Shown here: piece after piece, positions 56,866 through 56,988 of the stretch
Position numbering within the stretch: position 1 is the first letter of the stretch
Layout: every line of letters begins with the position of its first letter
From: a virus
Lineage: Duplodnaviria > Caudoviricetes
IMG/VR virus record: IMGVR_UViG_3300009788_000017
Coordinates: 1-56,988 of that record
Reading direction: 5' to 3' (one strand)
Length of the DNA: 56,988 bases
The notes under the pieces: model-generated
What the model was told of the DNA's origin: nothing
The model's database searches: none
The model's input: only the letters and a program-made list of their open reading frames with translations
Position numbers and translations under genes: made by a program

Positions 56866-56988
56866 AAAAATCGCGATTTTTCGAGCGCCTATTTAGCTGT
56901 TTTGTATACAATGTGCTGCGGGTTCGGTGTGCATATTCTTGTCTTTTGGTGTGCAGCGCCGACACAATCGGTATGGTGTGCATCTTAA
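56866..56988. repeat. Terminal direct repeat, right copy
   Basis: Identical to 1-123. Confidence 0.95.

Overview
The window looks like one complete, circularly assembled dsDNA tailed-phage genome of about 56.9 kb: bases 1-123 are repeated exactly at 56866-56988. It has a podovirus-like, two-arm layout. The + arm (597-27103) carries a putative TerS, TerL, portal, scaffold, N4-gp56-like major capsid, head-tail proteins, a beta-helix tailspike, a lysis cluster, likely ejected proteins and a 1893-aa polyvalent protein (ParB-like + inorganic-pyrophosphatase-like + LPD38-like). The - arm (27147-56242) carries replication genes: SSB-like protein, SNF2 helicase, VRR-NUC, 3'-5' exonuclease, ATP ligase, Cas4-like exonuclease, family A DNA polymerase and primase-helicase. 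It also holds a second, misplaced block of structural-type genes, four HNH genes, an IscR/Rrf2 homologue and a repeat-rich early region beside an origin-like segment. I found no integrase, RNA polymerase, tRNA, CRISPR array or purZ/datZ/mazZ gene. The most notable observations are: (1) an HNH-AP2 gene inserted in the 3' end of the Fe-S exonuclease gene, carrying a synonymously recoded replacement of the last 35 codons; (2) a PolA with the unusual substitutions I recall for phiVC8-type DpoZ, but no Z-synthesis genes; (3) an IscR homologue with the Fe-S ligand segment deleted, behind an 18-bp inverted repeat; (4) a linker-less four-way-junction structure and paired leader repeats in the early region; (5) a two-module 'GW' tag shared by the SSB-like protein and its neighbour; (6) structural genes on the early strand, each behind a shared promoter-like motif plus hairpin. 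All family calls come from motif recognition by eye; no database searches were run.
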